Assembly (NCBI GenBank): GCA_965218425.1
Contig: OZ244621.1
Location: 1 to 64,000 of the forward strand
Reading direction: 5' to 3'
Length of the DNA: 64,000 nucleotides
From: an uncultured Candidatus Binatia bacterium
GTDB lineage: Bacteria > Desulfobacterota > Binatia > UBA9968 > CAXXLF01
Shown: piece after piece, positions 20,101 to 30,210 of the stretch
Position numbering within the stretch: the first letter of the stretch is position 1
Layout: each line of letters starts with the position of its first letter
Program-made: the position numbers and the translations under genes
Notes under the pieces: generated by a model
The model's input: the letters and a program-made list of their open reading frames with translations, nothing else
Told to the model about the DNA's origin: nothing
Database searches by the model: none

Positions 20101-21008
20101 GTGATTTCACCATGACGGGTTCTGGGCGCCGACTATATCTCATCGATGGAAGTTCCTATATCTTTCGGGCCTTTTTTGCGCTTCCCCCGTTAACCAACGC
20201 CGCAGGACTTCCCACCCAGGCCATCTATGGGTTTACCACCATGACGCTCAAATTTCTAAAAGACTATAAGCCGGAGCACCTGGCGGTTGTCTTCGACGCG
20301 GGACGCGAAACATTTCGTAACCAAATGTCCGAAGACTACAAAGGCAATCGACCCACGGCGCCTCCTGATCTTATTCCCCAATTTCCCTATATACGGAAAG
20401 TCCTAGAGGCCATGAACATTCCGGTTATGGAACAGGAGGGTTTTGAGGCGGACGATTTGATCGCGACCTTGGCCAAAAGGTTTGCTTGCCAAGATCTGGA
20501 AACCGTCATCGTGTCGGGGGATAAGGATTTAATGCAGATGGTTGGTGATTCGGTGTGTCTTCTCGACACCATGAAATCGAAATGGATTGGTGGCGAGCAA
20601 GTGAAGGAAAAATTTGGCGTGGAGCCCGGTGAGGTGGTGCAGGTCATGGGACTCATGGGAGATTCCGTTGATAATATTCATGGTGTGAAAGGCATAGGAG
20701 AAAAAACAGCCATCGCCTTGATCAAAAAATTTCACTCCTTGGAAAACCTTTATAAGCATTTGGATGAGTTGGACCAATCCGGCATCAAGGGGCCGGCTAG
20801 GGTTCGAAAAGCCCTCGTGGAAGGTCAGGAATCCGCCTTCTTGAGCCGTGACTTAGCCACTGTCCGAACCGATGTTCCCATGGAGGTGGAATTGGACCGA
20901 TTTCGATGCCAAGGACCCAGCAATGAAAAATTGAGAGAGCTCTTTACAGAATTGGGATTTACTCAACTCATTAAATCACTTGATGTGGAAGGCCAAGCGA
21001 GGAACTGA
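20097..21008 (+). CDS. Stand-alone 5'-3' exonuclease / flap endonuclease (PolA N-terminal-like)
   Basis: LIDGSSYIFRAFFA, YKGNR, GFEADDLIAT, SGDKDL, GDSVDNIHGVKGIGEKTA; stops with no polymerase domain. Confidence 0.88.
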   Translation: MSDFTMTGSGRRLYLIDGSSYIFRAFFALPPLTNAAGLPTQAIYGFTTMTLKFLKDYKPEHLAVVFDAGRETFRNQMSEDYKGNRPTAPPDLIPQFPYIRKVLEAMNIPVMEQEGFEADDLIATLAKRFACQDLETVIVSGDKDLMQMVGDSVCLLDTMKSKWIGGEQVKEKFGVEPGEVVQVMGLMGDSVDNIHGVKGIGEKTAIALIKKFHSLENLYKHLDELDQSGIKGPARVRKALVEGQESAFLSRDLATVRTDVPMEVELDRFRCQGPSNEKLRELFTELGFTQLIKSLDVEGQARN

Positions 21009-21011
21009 ATC

Positions 21012-22181
21012 ATGATCCAGGAAGAGAGACTCAAAGACTTCCTCATGGAGCTTATCCGGATCGATAGTCTGTCGCGCCGCGAGCAAGCCATCGCCCTTCG
21101 GTTGAAACGAGAAATGGAAGCAATCGGAGGAATGGCATGGTTGGATGACGCGGGTGAAAAGGTGGGTGGAAACACGGGGAACCTGATCGTTCATTTTTCC
21201 GGCAATGTCCCCGGCTCCACACCCATCCTACTCTCTGCGCATATGGACACGGTGAGACCGGGAGAAGGTGTGGTCCCGGTTCTCCAAGGGACGGTGCTTC
21301 GCAGCGATGGTCGGACCGTACTTGGGGGCGACGACAAGAGCGGAGTTGCCATCATATGCGAGGTCTTACGTGTTCTTAAGGAGAACCATCTGCCCCATGG
21401 CGATATCGATTTGGTGTTTACCATCTGCGAGGAAGTGGGACTTTTAGGGGCAAAATGTCTCGACGTGTCGCGCCTGAGGGCAAAATTCGGTCTCGTGCTC
21501 GACAGCGATTCCGTCGGATTCCTGTTCACCAAGGCGCCGGCCGTGAACCATGTTGAATTCGAAGTCCACGGCTTGGAGGCCCATGCGGGCGTATGCCCGC
21601 AACGAGGTGTTAGCGCCATCCAGGTGGCCGCCTCCGGCATTGCCAGAATGAAGTTGGGTAGAGTTGATGAGGAAACAACGGCGAACCTGGGGTTCATCGA
21701 AGGTGGCATAGCGGTGAACATTATACCCAATTCGGTGAGTCTAAAAGGTGAGGCGAGAAGCCACAGTGAAGAAAAACTCGAGCGACAAATACGTGAGATG
21801 ACCCGATGTTTAGAAGAAGCGGCATCCTCATACGCCTTGGAGGTTGACGGTGAATTGTTTCAACCCACCGTGGAGACAAAGGTGGAGCGCCAGTACGACC
21901 CCATGGACCTTTCCAACGAATCTCCCATAGTTAAACTGGTTCACTCCGCGGGCCGAAACCTCGGGATGCAGGTTCAGACCCTTGCCACAGGGGGCGGTTG
22001 CGATGCGAACGTCTTCAATAAGAAAGGGGTGGAAGTGGCGAACCTTTCCACTGGGATGCGCAATATTCACACGGTTAAAGAATGGCTGGATTTAAATGAT
22101 CTCTTCAGGTCGGCTCGGATCGTGTTTGAAATTGTTCGATTGAATGCCGTCCCGGATTTGGCGGCCGACTTGAAGGGTTGA
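21012..22181 (+). CDS. M20/M25/M40 metallopeptidase (peptidase T-like)
   Basis: AHMDTV, LGGDDKSG, CEEVGLLGA, GGGCDAN, IHTVKE. Confidence 0.88.
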   Translation: MIQEERLKDFLMELIRIDSLSRREQAIALRLKREMEAIGGMAWLDDAGEKVGGNTGNLIVHFSGNVPGSTPILLSAHMDTVRPGEGVVPVLQGTVLRSDGRTVLGGDDKSGVAIICEVLRVLKENHLPHGDIDLVFTICEEVGLLGAKCLDVSRLRAKFGLVLDSDSVGFLFTKAPAVNHVEFEVHGLEAHAGVCPQRGVSAIQVAASGIARMKLGRVDEETTANLGFIEGGIAVNIIPNSVSLKGEARSHSEEKLERQIREMTRCLEEAASSYALEVDGELFQPTVETKVERQYDPMDLSNESPIVKLVHSAGRNLGMQVQTLATGGGCDANVFNKKGVEVANLSTGMRNIHTVKEWLDLNDLFRSARIVFEIVRLNAVPDLAADLKG

Positions 22182-22185
22182 ATGC

Positions 22186-23631
22186 ATGCAGGGCGAGGCG
22201 CTGGGAAGCTTGCTCCGGCATGAGCGAGGACAATTTCTAGAGTTTGTCAGTGCCTTTGAGCAAGACAAAAAAGGGGCGCTGCCAAAACCCTCGGAGGAAT
22301 TGGCCCGGGAGATTGCGCGTCTGCTTGGCGGTATGGCAAACGCGGATGGAGGTACGCTTCTTCTTGGGATCGAGAAGGATAAAAGCATTACCGGCATCCC
22401 TCATCCACCCGATGAGTTTCAGACGTTGCTCCAAGCCTCTCAAACGCTTCTGAGTCCCGCCCTCCATCCTTCCTATGAGAAGACCCAGATGGGGAATCTC
22501 CAACTCGTCAAATTTGAAGTCGGCCCTGCAATGGAAGTCCATCGTGTGATGGGAGGACGGACCTTTTATCGCGTGGCTGCGGAAAATCCATCCATCCCAG
22601 CCGAACAAATTCAAAGCCTGAGGGAATCAAAGAGAACCTTTCATTACGAGAGGCAAGCCATCTTGGGTGCCACCTGGGAGTCACTCGACATGGAGGCCAT
22701 TAAGGCCTTCGGGGAAAAAATTGGTGATCCGAGGCAACCCAGGGACCTTTTGGCCGGTTCCTACCATCTGGTGGATGGATCATCGGACCCTCCCTCTTTG
22801 AGGATGGCGGCCTTACTTCTCTTTGCAAAGGATCCTTCACAATGGCATCCGCGCTGCGGGATCGACTTTGTCAAGTACGATGGTACCGAGCGGGAACAGG
22901 GTGAATCCTTGAATGTCGTCAAGCGAATTAGATTTGAGACTCCCCTTTGGCGCCTCCTCGATGAGGCGGTGGGAAGGATAAAGGAACACATCCGTGAGAG
23001 GATGGTGCTTCACGACCTCTTTTTCCGTGAGCGCCTTGAATATCCCACCTTCGCGTGGCAGGAAGCCTTGGTCAACGCGGTGGCCCATCGCGACTATACA
23101 CTTACCGGGGCGTCCATAGAAGTTTGGATGTTTGACGATCGTATCGAAGTGCGGAGTCCTGGGCTGCTTCCCACCCCTGTCACACTGGATCAGTTGCGGC
23201 TGCAAAAGAGAGTTCACTTCTCTCGTAATCCATTGCTGGTCCGAGCCCTGGGGGATCTGGGGTATCTGCGGGAGATGGGAGAAGGGGTCCCTAGGATTTT
23301 TCAGGAAATGGAACACTACGGTTTGAGGCCTCCTGAACTTTCCACTGAAGGGTTCTTTTTCACGGTCACCCTGCGGAATACACCCGTTTATGATGAGGCA
23401 ACTCTCAAATGGCTGAACCAGTTTAGTCGATTTCAAATCAGCCAGCGTCAGAGGAGGCTTTTGGTCTATGCCTACTCCCACGCCAAAGCCCTTTCCACCA
23501 CGGACTATCAGAGAATTGGTGAAGTGGACCGAGATACGGCATACCGTGAAATCCGCAACCTGGTGAAGTTTGGTATTCTATCGCCCCTTAAGCCCAAGAG
23601 CCGGACCTATCGAATCATCGAGCGGATCTAA
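22186..23631 (+). CDS. AlbA_2 (Schlafen-like) + HATPase_c_4 + HTH protein
   Basis: MANADGGTLLLGI, EALVNAVAHRDY, SPG, SRNP, EMGEGV, C-terminal wHTH-like segment. Confidence 0.8.
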   Translation: MQGEALGSLLRHERGQFLEFVSAFEQDKKGALPKPSEELAREIARLLGGMANADGGTLLLGIEKDKSITGIPHPPDEFQTLLQASQTLLSPALHPSYEKTQMGNLQLVKFEVGPAMEVHRVMGGRTFYRVAAENPSIPAEQIQSLRESKRTFHYERQAILGATWESLDMEAIKAFGEKIGDPRQPRDLLAGSYHLVDGSSDPPSLRMAALLLFAKDPSQWHPRCGIDFVKYDGTEREQGESLNVVKRIRFETPLWRLLDEAVGRIKEHIRERMVLHDLFFRERLEYPTFAWQEALVNAVAHRDYTLTGASIEVWMFDDRIEVRSPGLLPTPVTLDQLRLQKRVHFSRNPLLVRALGDLGYLREMGEGVPRIFQEMEHYGLRPPELSTEGFFFTVTLRNTPVYDEATLKWLNQFSRFQISQRQRRLLVYAYSHAKALSTTDYQRIGEVDRDTAYREIRNLVKFGILSPLKPKSRTYRIIERI

Positions 23632-23638
23632 CAATCCC

Positions 23639-24631
23639 ATGGATTTTTCTTCCTTAGCAGGTCTTGTATCCGGACATGTTGAAGCCCGTATAGTGCAGGT
23701 TGCGGTGGCCCTCGGTCTCTTTGATGTCCTCGAGGAGAAAAACCGCAACGCCATGTCCGTTTCCGCTTTCTTGAATACGGAGCCCAGGGCCACTGAAATG
23801 CTCCTTAACGCCTTGGCCTCTCTCGGGTTGCTTGAAAAGGAGGCTGAACAGTACTCATTGAATGAAACCTCCTCTAGCTATCTTGTCAGAGGATCGTCAA
23901 GATACCTGGGTGATATGATTTTATTTGATTCCAGCCTCTGGAGCTGTTGGGGCGATCTTGAAAAGACAATTCGCTCTGGTACTCCCGCGAGGCCGCCGGA
24001 TATGTACCAAGGGGACACAGAGGAGATCCACCGGTTTATCCATGCAATGGATTCCCTGGTAAAAGCCCGCGGTGATGCTGAAGTAGTATCGGCGACACTG
24101 GATTTGAGTAACGTAAATGAAATCTTGGATATTGGTGCCGGCCCCGCCACCTATGCGATTGAACTGTGCAGGAAATATCCTTCGCTTCGAGCTACCCTTT
24201 TCGACCTTCCCGGAACCCTTAAGGTGACAGAGGCGTGCGTGAAGGACGCTGGACTCTGGGGTCGAATTAGTCTTGAGACCGGTGACTACCGCTCAGATCC
24301 CATCCCGGGCACATACCAGATGGTTTTCCTCTCCAACATCATCCACGGGGAAGGTTCGGATGAAAATAGGCGGCTCATGAGGAAGGTCTATCATTGCCTG
24401 GAAAAGAACGGCAAAGCGGTGATAAAGGATCATATCCTCGATGACTCTCTGACGCATCCCCCCGTAGGAGCCATCTTTTCCCTTCTAATGCTGCTGACCA
24501 CTGCCCGGGGAAGGTGTTATTCTTTTAACGAGGTAAAGGCATGGCTGGAAGAAGCCGGATTTAGGACAATAAAAGAAATTCCGCTCCCTCCTCCTCTAAC
24601 CTCTTCCCTGGTGATCGGGGAAAAAATCTAG
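23639..24631 (+). CDS. SAM-dependent O-methyltransferase with dimerisation domain
   Basis: AVALGLFDVL, LDIGAGPA, FDLP, GDY, LSNIIH. Confidence 0.85.
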   Translation: MDFSSLAGLVSGHVEARIVQVAVALGLFDVLEEKNRNAMSVSAFLNTEPRATEMLLNALASLGLLEKEAEQYSLNETSSSYLVRGSSRYLGDMILFDSSLWSCWGDLEKTIRSGTPARPPDMYQGDTEEIHRFIHAMDSLVKARGDAEVVSATLDLSNVNEILDIGAGPATYAIELCRKYPSLRATLFDLPGTLKVTEACVKDAGLWGRISLETGDYRSDPIPGTYQMVFLSNIIHGEGSDENRRLMRKVYHCLEKNGKAVIKDHILDDSLTHPPVGAIFSLLMLLTTARGRCYSFNEVKAWLEEAGFRTIKEIPLPPPLTSSLVIGEKI

Positions 24632-25049
24632 CCGGTCATTGCCATACTGAACTCGCACTCCTCCTCCCTTGGGAGACCAATGCGTCAAAAAAACACATAA
24701 AATATATAAAGTGAAACATTAAATAAAATATATATATAATTAAATCTAATAGTTTATTAAGGAGGTGAAGGCCCTCACCGCGGATGAGATCAATAACCTC
24801 GATGAGCTGTTGCGGTTTTATTGACCATCGGCGCGAAGGAAATTGAAATCTGGAACCGATTCAAACCCGTTGAGCGGTCGGATTCAGTCTATGGCAGGAG
24901 GATGCTTAAAATCCGCAACAATTCCTGCTCCCACATGACGCCAGCCTTGGTGATTTCCAATCGCTAACTGTTGTTTGGACAAACCCCGTCCCAGGCGAAG
25001 GCACAACAAACTTGAATCCGCCCGCGGGATGACATAGCCTTACCTTCCC

Positions 25050-26654
25050 ATGGCCCACGGGACTGTAGATAGAACCGATGTAAGAACCTACTGGGAGGGG
25101 AAGGTTCAAAAAAACCCATCAAAACCATTTCTTTACTTCAATGAGGAAGCGATCAGCTACGGGGAGTTTGATATAAGAATCAACCAAGCAGCCAACGCCT
25201 TTCTTGATTTCGGCATCAAAAAGGGTGACCGGGTCTGTCTGATTCTCCCAAATATTCCCGACTTTCTTTATTGCTGGTTTGCTTTGAACAAGATCGGCGC
25301 TGTCTCCGTACCCATCAATATCCATTTCAAAGCAAGTGAGGCGCAGTATGTGGTCAACCATTGCGAAGCGGTGGGTCTCATTGCCTCAAGAGAACATCTT
25401 GAAGTGGCCCTTCGAATCAAAAAAGACTGCCCCCATTTAAAGTGGATTTCTTGCGTTGATGTGGAGGTGAGCCGATTACCCCAGGGGGTTACTGCATTTA
25501 TGAATCTGTGCGGCACAATGCCCACGGCATTGCGGGAATTTGATGTCCACGGAGACGATCTCGCCTGCGTGCTCTACACTTCCGGAACCACAGGGTTTTC
25601 CAAAGGGGTCATGCATGTGCAAAAGACCTCGATTCTCGCGGGCGAGGTATTTGTCCTACGCGCACGGATCGATTCACGGGACCGAGTCATGGCCATCCTT
25701 CCCTTTTTTCATATGAATTCACAATTTTACAGCACCTGGGGAGCCATCGCCGCTGAGGCCAGTGTCATCCTAATTCATCGATTCAGCGCTGGTGAGTTTT
25801 GGTCGCAGGCGGTTCGGTATAGTGCCACTGAATTCAATTTCGTGGGTACTATCGGCACAATCCTGTGCGCCCGTCCACCGGAAGAGTTTCGTCCCCAACA
25901 CAACATTCGCGTTGCCATTGGTGCCGGTATAAGTCCAGCGGTCTATAAGACTTTTACGGAGAGATTTAATATCCCGAACGTCATCGATGCCTATGGAATG
26001 ACAGAGGTGCCGGCAGTGTCGCAAAATCCCATAGGTGGTGTTATTAAGATGAATAGCATCGGTCTCCCGGCAAAGCATCCCAACCTAGCGCCTTTCGTTG
26101 AAATGAAGGTTGGCGGTGACCATGGCGAAGAGCTCCCTGATGGTACGGTGGGAGAAATATTGGTGCGAAGTCCCGTGGTGATGAAAGGGTACTACAAGGA
26201 GCCGCAAAAGACCCGAGAGGCCATGCGCCATGGGTGGTTTTGTACCGGTGACCATGGCTTTCGAGACGATGATGGATACTTCCACTTTGTGGACCGTAAA
26301 AAAGACATCATCCGAAAAGGTGGAGAAAATATCTCCGCCACAGAGGTGGAGGCGGTCCTGAACGAGAATCCAAAGGTATTGGAATCTGCCGTTATCCCTG
26401 TCCCTGCTGAGCTCGGGGAAGATGAAGTGATGGCCTGCATCGTTCTCCTGGACGGACAATCCAGCACGGCGGAAGAAGTCATTTATTGGTGCAAGGATCG
26501 CCTGGCAGATTTCAAACTGCCGCGGTATATACAGTTTCGAAAGAGCTTTCCCAAGACGTCCACGGAGCGGGTAGCAAAAGTGATCCTCAAGGCGGAGGAG
26601 AATCTTATAAAAAATGCTATTGACGTGGGAAGCCACAAGACGCTATTGAGATAA
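25050..26654 (+). CDS. Acyl-CoA ligase (CaiC-like AMP-binding)
   Basis: YTSGTTGFSKGV, YGMTE, TGD, DRKKDIIRKGGENIS. Confidence 0.88.
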   Translation: MAHGTVDRTDVRTYWEGKVQKNPSKPFLYFNEEAISYGEFDIRINQAANAFLDFGIKKGDRVCLILPNIPDFLYCWFALNKIGAVSVPINIHFKASEAQYVVNHCEAVGLIASREHLEVALRIKKDCPHLKWISCVDVEVSRLPQGVTAFMNLCGTMPTALREFDVHGDDLACVLYTSGTTGFSKGVMHVQKTSILAGEVFVLRARIDSRDRVMAILPFFHMNSQFYSTWGAIAAEASVILIHRFSAGEFWSQAVRYSATEFNFVGTIGTILCARPPEEFRPQHNIRVAIGAGISPAVYKTFTERFNIPNVIDAYGMTEVPAVSQNPIGGVIKMNSIGLPAKHPNLAPFVEMKVGGDHGEELPDGTVGEILVRSPVVMKGYYKEPQKTREAMRHGWFCTGDHGFRDDDGYFHFVDRKKDIIRKGGENISATEVEAVLNENPKVLESAVIPVPAELGEDEVMACIVLLDGQSSTAEEVIYWCKDRLADFKLPRYIQFRKSFPKTSTERVAKVILKAEENLIKNAIDVGSHKTLLR

Positions 26655-26681
26655 CAAAGGGATCCACCGAGGAGGGTTGAG

Positions 26682-27710
26682 ATGGGTAAGAAATACGTTG
26701 ACGCCGACGGCCATGTGATGATCAACGAGCAGGAGTTGAACGAGTTCATCGAGGCTCCTTTTACCGCCTGGGGTTATATGGCCAAGAGCCGGATGATGCC
26801 TAGCCTAGATGAATTTCACACGCCGAGCGGGACTCTTCCACGTAAGGGTACTTTCGACTGGAATGTGGGTCCAAAGGAGTGGATGGAGTTTTTGGAAAAG
26901 ACCGGCATCGATTACTCGGTGCTCTATACCACAGGGGCGCTGGCCTATGGCCATATCCAGTATCCTGAGTGGGCATTGGGATTCGCCCGGGCCTACAATA
27001 ACTGGCTCCACGAAAAGTATTTGAAGGCCAGTCCTCGTTTTAAGGGGATTGCCCTCATTCCCATGCAGGACCCGGATCTGGCGGTGGAAGAGTTGAGACG
27101 GGCGGTTACCGAGTTAGGGATGGTGGGAGCCATGGTTCCATCCAATGGCCTCAAGCGGCATGTAAGCGCCAAAGAGTTTTGGCCGGTATATGCGGAGGCG
27201 GAGAAGCTGGGCTGTGTCATGGCGGTCCATGGGGGGAGCTATAGTGATCTGGGGTTCAATACCTACACTAATTTCCCTGCCACTCGGGCCCTGGGAATGC
27301 CGTTCCCGCTTGCCATCGCCATGGTGGGGATGATCGTGGACGGTGTTCTGGATCGGTATCCCAAATTGAGGGTGGGATTCCTGGAAGGAGGAACAGCATG
27401 GATTCCCCTGGTCCTCGATCGATTGGAGCGGGAGACCGAATACGGTGGATTGGACTTGCCACGAAAGATTGAGGACTACTTTCGAAGCGGGCAGTTCTTT
27501 GTGGGTTGCGAGGGTAACGAAAAGGCCCTGTCCTATGCAATCCAAAGGTTAGGCCCTGAACCTTTCATGTTCGCATCTGATTTTCCCCATGAGATTACCC
27601 TCGGTAACTGCATGGAGGAAATCGACGAGATCCAGCAACGGGAAGATATACAAAACGAGCACAAGATCGCGATTTTAGGAGATAATGCCAGGACTTTTTA
27701 CCGAATCTAG
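26682..27710 (+). CDS. Amidohydrolase_2 family protein
   Basis: VDADGH, AYNNWL, LEGG, FASDFPH. Confidence 0.88.
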   Translation: MGKKYVDADGHVMINEQELNEFIEAPFTAWGYMAKSRMMPSLDEFHTPSGTLPRKGTFDWNVGPKEWMEFLEKTGIDYSVLYTTGALAYGHIQYPEWALGFARAYNNWLHEKYLKASPRFKGIALIPMQDPDLAVEELRRAVTELGMVGAMVPSNGLKRHVSAKEFWPVYAEAEKLGCVMAVHGGSYSDLGFNTYTNFPATRALGMPFPLAIAMVGMIVDGVLDRYPKLRVGFLEGGTAWIPLVLDRLERETEYGGLDLPRKIEDYFRSGQFFVGCEGNEKALSYAIQRLGPEPFMFASDFPHEITLGNCMEEIDEIQQREDIQNEHKIAILGDNARTFYRI

Positions 27711-27719
27711 GAGGTTATC

Positions 27720-28778
27720 ATGAAAGCCGCAGTACTGTACGAAGCACAGAAACCTTTGCAGATTGAAGAGATGGAGATGCCGTCTATCGATAACGGTGAC
27801 GTTCTGATCCATGTGGCGGCCTGTGGAGTGTGTCATACGGACCTCAAAGCAGTAGAAGGGAGCACCCCCTTTCAATCCCCTTCGCTTCTGGGTCATGAGG
27901 TTTCCGGAACCATTGAACAAGTTGGCAAGGATCAGCGGGCGGTTTTCAAGGAAGGCGACCGGGTGATCGTGGGAATGAGGTACAAGTGCGGTAGGTGTAG
28001 ATACTGCATGGCAGGAAGGGAAAACCTCTGTTCCAACCGGCCTCGGCCTGCGCCCCGTAAGAAAAAAGACGGTGGTGAAGTTTATCCCTGGAATGTGGGG
28101 GGCTTTACCCAATACCTACCCGCTCCCGGATATATGGTTTACAAGATACCGGAAGGGGTGAGCCTTGAAGAGGCGAGCCTCATAGGGTGCCGCGTAACTA
28201 CGGCTTTTAATGCTGTAAAACATGGGGCCGAGCTGGCACCGGGAGACTCCGCCCTGGTGATCGGTTGTGGAGGGATCGGTCTGAATACGATTCAGTTTCT
28301 AAAGTGCTTTGGCGCCTACCCCATTGTTGCGGTGGACGTGCTGGCAGAGAAGCTGGAGGCGGCCAAGCGCTTCGGTGCCACCCATACGGTGGATGCCAGC
28401 AAAGATGACCCGATTGCGGCTACCAAGTCAATCACCAACGGGGGCGCAAACAAGTCCTTCGAGTGCATTGGCAACGTAAAAACCGCTGACCAGATTGTAA
28501 ACGCCACCTGTTCCGGCGGCACGGCCGTTATCGTAGGAGGCCTTGGGCGGAGACCCATCACCTTCAGCGATGCAAGGTTCGCCTTCAATGAGATTAAGGT
28601 GACGGGTGTTCAGAGCCGCAGAGCTAATGATGTCGACGAAGTGCTTGGCATGGCTAGAGATGGCAGGATCGACGTGAAATCGCTGCTTTCAAAGAAGTAC
28701 GCCTTTGCAGAGATCAATGAAGCCATGGAGGACTTGGATAAGGGCCGATTGCTGATGGGTATTACTTTGTGGAACTGA
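27720..28778 (+). CDS. Zinc-dependent alcohol dehydrogenase (MDR family)
   Basis: GVCHTD, GHE, CGRCRYC...C, GCGGIG. Confidence 0.9.
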   Translation: MKAAVLYEAQKPLQIEEMEMPSIDNGDVLIHVAACGVCHTDLKAVEGSTPFQSPSLLGHEVSGTIEQVGKDQRAVFKEGDRVIVGMRYKCGRCRYCMAGRENLCSNRPRPAPRKKKDGGEVYPWNVGGFTQYLPAPGYMVYKIPEGVSLEEASLIGCRVTTAFNAVKHGAELAPGDSALVIGCGGIGLNTIQFLKCFGAYPIVAVDVLAEKLEAAKRFGATHTVDASKDDPIAATKSITNGGANKSFECIGNVKTADQIVNATCSGGTAVIVGGLGRRPITFSDARFAFNEIKVTGVQSRRANDVDEVLGMARDGRIDVKSLLSKKYAFAEINEAMEDLDKGRLLMGITLWN

Positions 28779-28869
28779 TGCCGGTTCCACCTCCCTGCTC
28801 TCCATGGGCGGGCGCAGTTCATCAACACAGGGTTGGGTCGCTCGTCAAAATTGAATCCCTGACAATGCA

Positions 28870-29610
28870 ATGGCGCGCAAATACCTAGCCTTTGACATTG
28901 AAACCGCCGCAAATATTCCGGGGCCGGAGTTTGACTGGCGGGACCATAGACCCCCTGGGATCACATGTGCGGCTGCCCTGGCAAGTGACGCGGGCAAGCC
29001 GGTCATTTGGCACGGTAAATCCCCGGACGGAAATCCTGCAAGGCAAATGTCCCAGGCAGAGGCCCTAGGTATGGTGGATCAACTGCGAGAAATGGCCCTC
29101 GCCGATTACACCCTCTTGACGTGGAACGGCCTGGGTTTTGATTTTGACGTACTGGCGGAAGAAGCCGATGCGTTGGAGACATGCAGGGACCTTGCGCTAG
29201 ATCACGTGGATATGATGTTCCACATATTCTGCGATCGAGGTTTTCCCGTTGCCCTGGACAAAGCCGCCCATGCCTTGGGCATACCCGGCAAGCCCCCAGG
29301 CATGTCAGGTCTTTTGGCTCCTCAACTGTGGGCACAAGGGCAGTTTCAGGAAGTCATTAATTATGTTGCTCAGGATGTTCGTATTGCTCTGAACATAGCC
29401 CAACTGTGCGAAGAGAGGGGTTCATTTGCATGGACCACCCATAGCGGGAGCACCGGGTTAATGCCATTGGGGAATAATGGTTGGTTAACGGTGCGAGAAG
29501 CCTTGAAGCTTCCGGAGCCGGACACCTCGTGGATGTCGAATCCTTTGCCAAGAAGTAATTTTACACATTGGACAGAGAGGTGGCGAAACGCGAATCTTTC
29601 GGGTCGTTAA
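28870..29610 (+). CDS. RNase H-like (DEDD 3'-5' exonuclease-like) protein
   Basis: AFDIET, TWNGLGFDF, HVDMM, YVAQDV. Confidence 0.75.
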   Translation: MARKYLAFDIETAANIPGPEFDWRDHRPPGITCAAALASDAGKPVIWHGKSPDGNPARQMSQAEALGMVDQLREMALADYTLLTWNGLGFDFDVLAEEADALETCRDLALDHVDMMFHIFCDRGFPVALDKAAHALGIPGKPPGMSGLLAPQLWAQGQFQEVINYVAQDVRIALNIAQLCEERGSFAWTTHSGSTGLMPLGNNGWLTVREALKLPEPDTSWMSNPLPRSNFTHWTERWRNANLSGR

Positions 29611-30210
29611 GTAAATCGCGGTTACTTCTCTGTCAAATCCAGAACCTGAAAAAACACGACCTCTACTTCAAAGTCCGCTGCCTTGCGCGAATTGAGCTCC
29701 TCGGCGCTCAATGGGTGACTTCCTAATTCTCGTTCAACGGTAAGTCGTCAACGTCAATAAAAAACGACCAGACACGTAGTACAGGATGGTCTCCAGGACA
29801 AACCCGCAGAGAAGGAATTTCTCAAAATAATCTAACGATCTTGGCCAGATACCTCTGGTCATGATACTAACGCCTAACAAGCTGTCTGGGACTGCTATAA
29901 TCCGTGATTATTTAAGGTTTGTGCATTTTGTCGTACAAGCCATAGTTAAAATTCTACTCCTAATTCCAATGGGATAGGAAAGGTGAATTGAGCTGGTTGC
30001 AACCAACCGGTTTCAATCCGCTTGAGGGCTATTCACGAACTTTCCTGCCTTCAATATCTGGCTAGCATCATTGGGAGGCTGTCCTCTACCCATTTTGCAA
30101 ATTGGCTGCGGGCAGGCAATCTGAGGTTCGGCCAGGGTTGTGGGCGTTGACTTTACTCTCGATTGTATTCTTCCTATTCTACCCCTACGCTTGAGAGGAG
30201 GGAGAAGACT

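Noticed and set aside
29872..29951. Integron attC site (GCCTAAC...GTTAAAA)
   Set aside because: The internal L boxes do not pair, and there is no cassette array or intI
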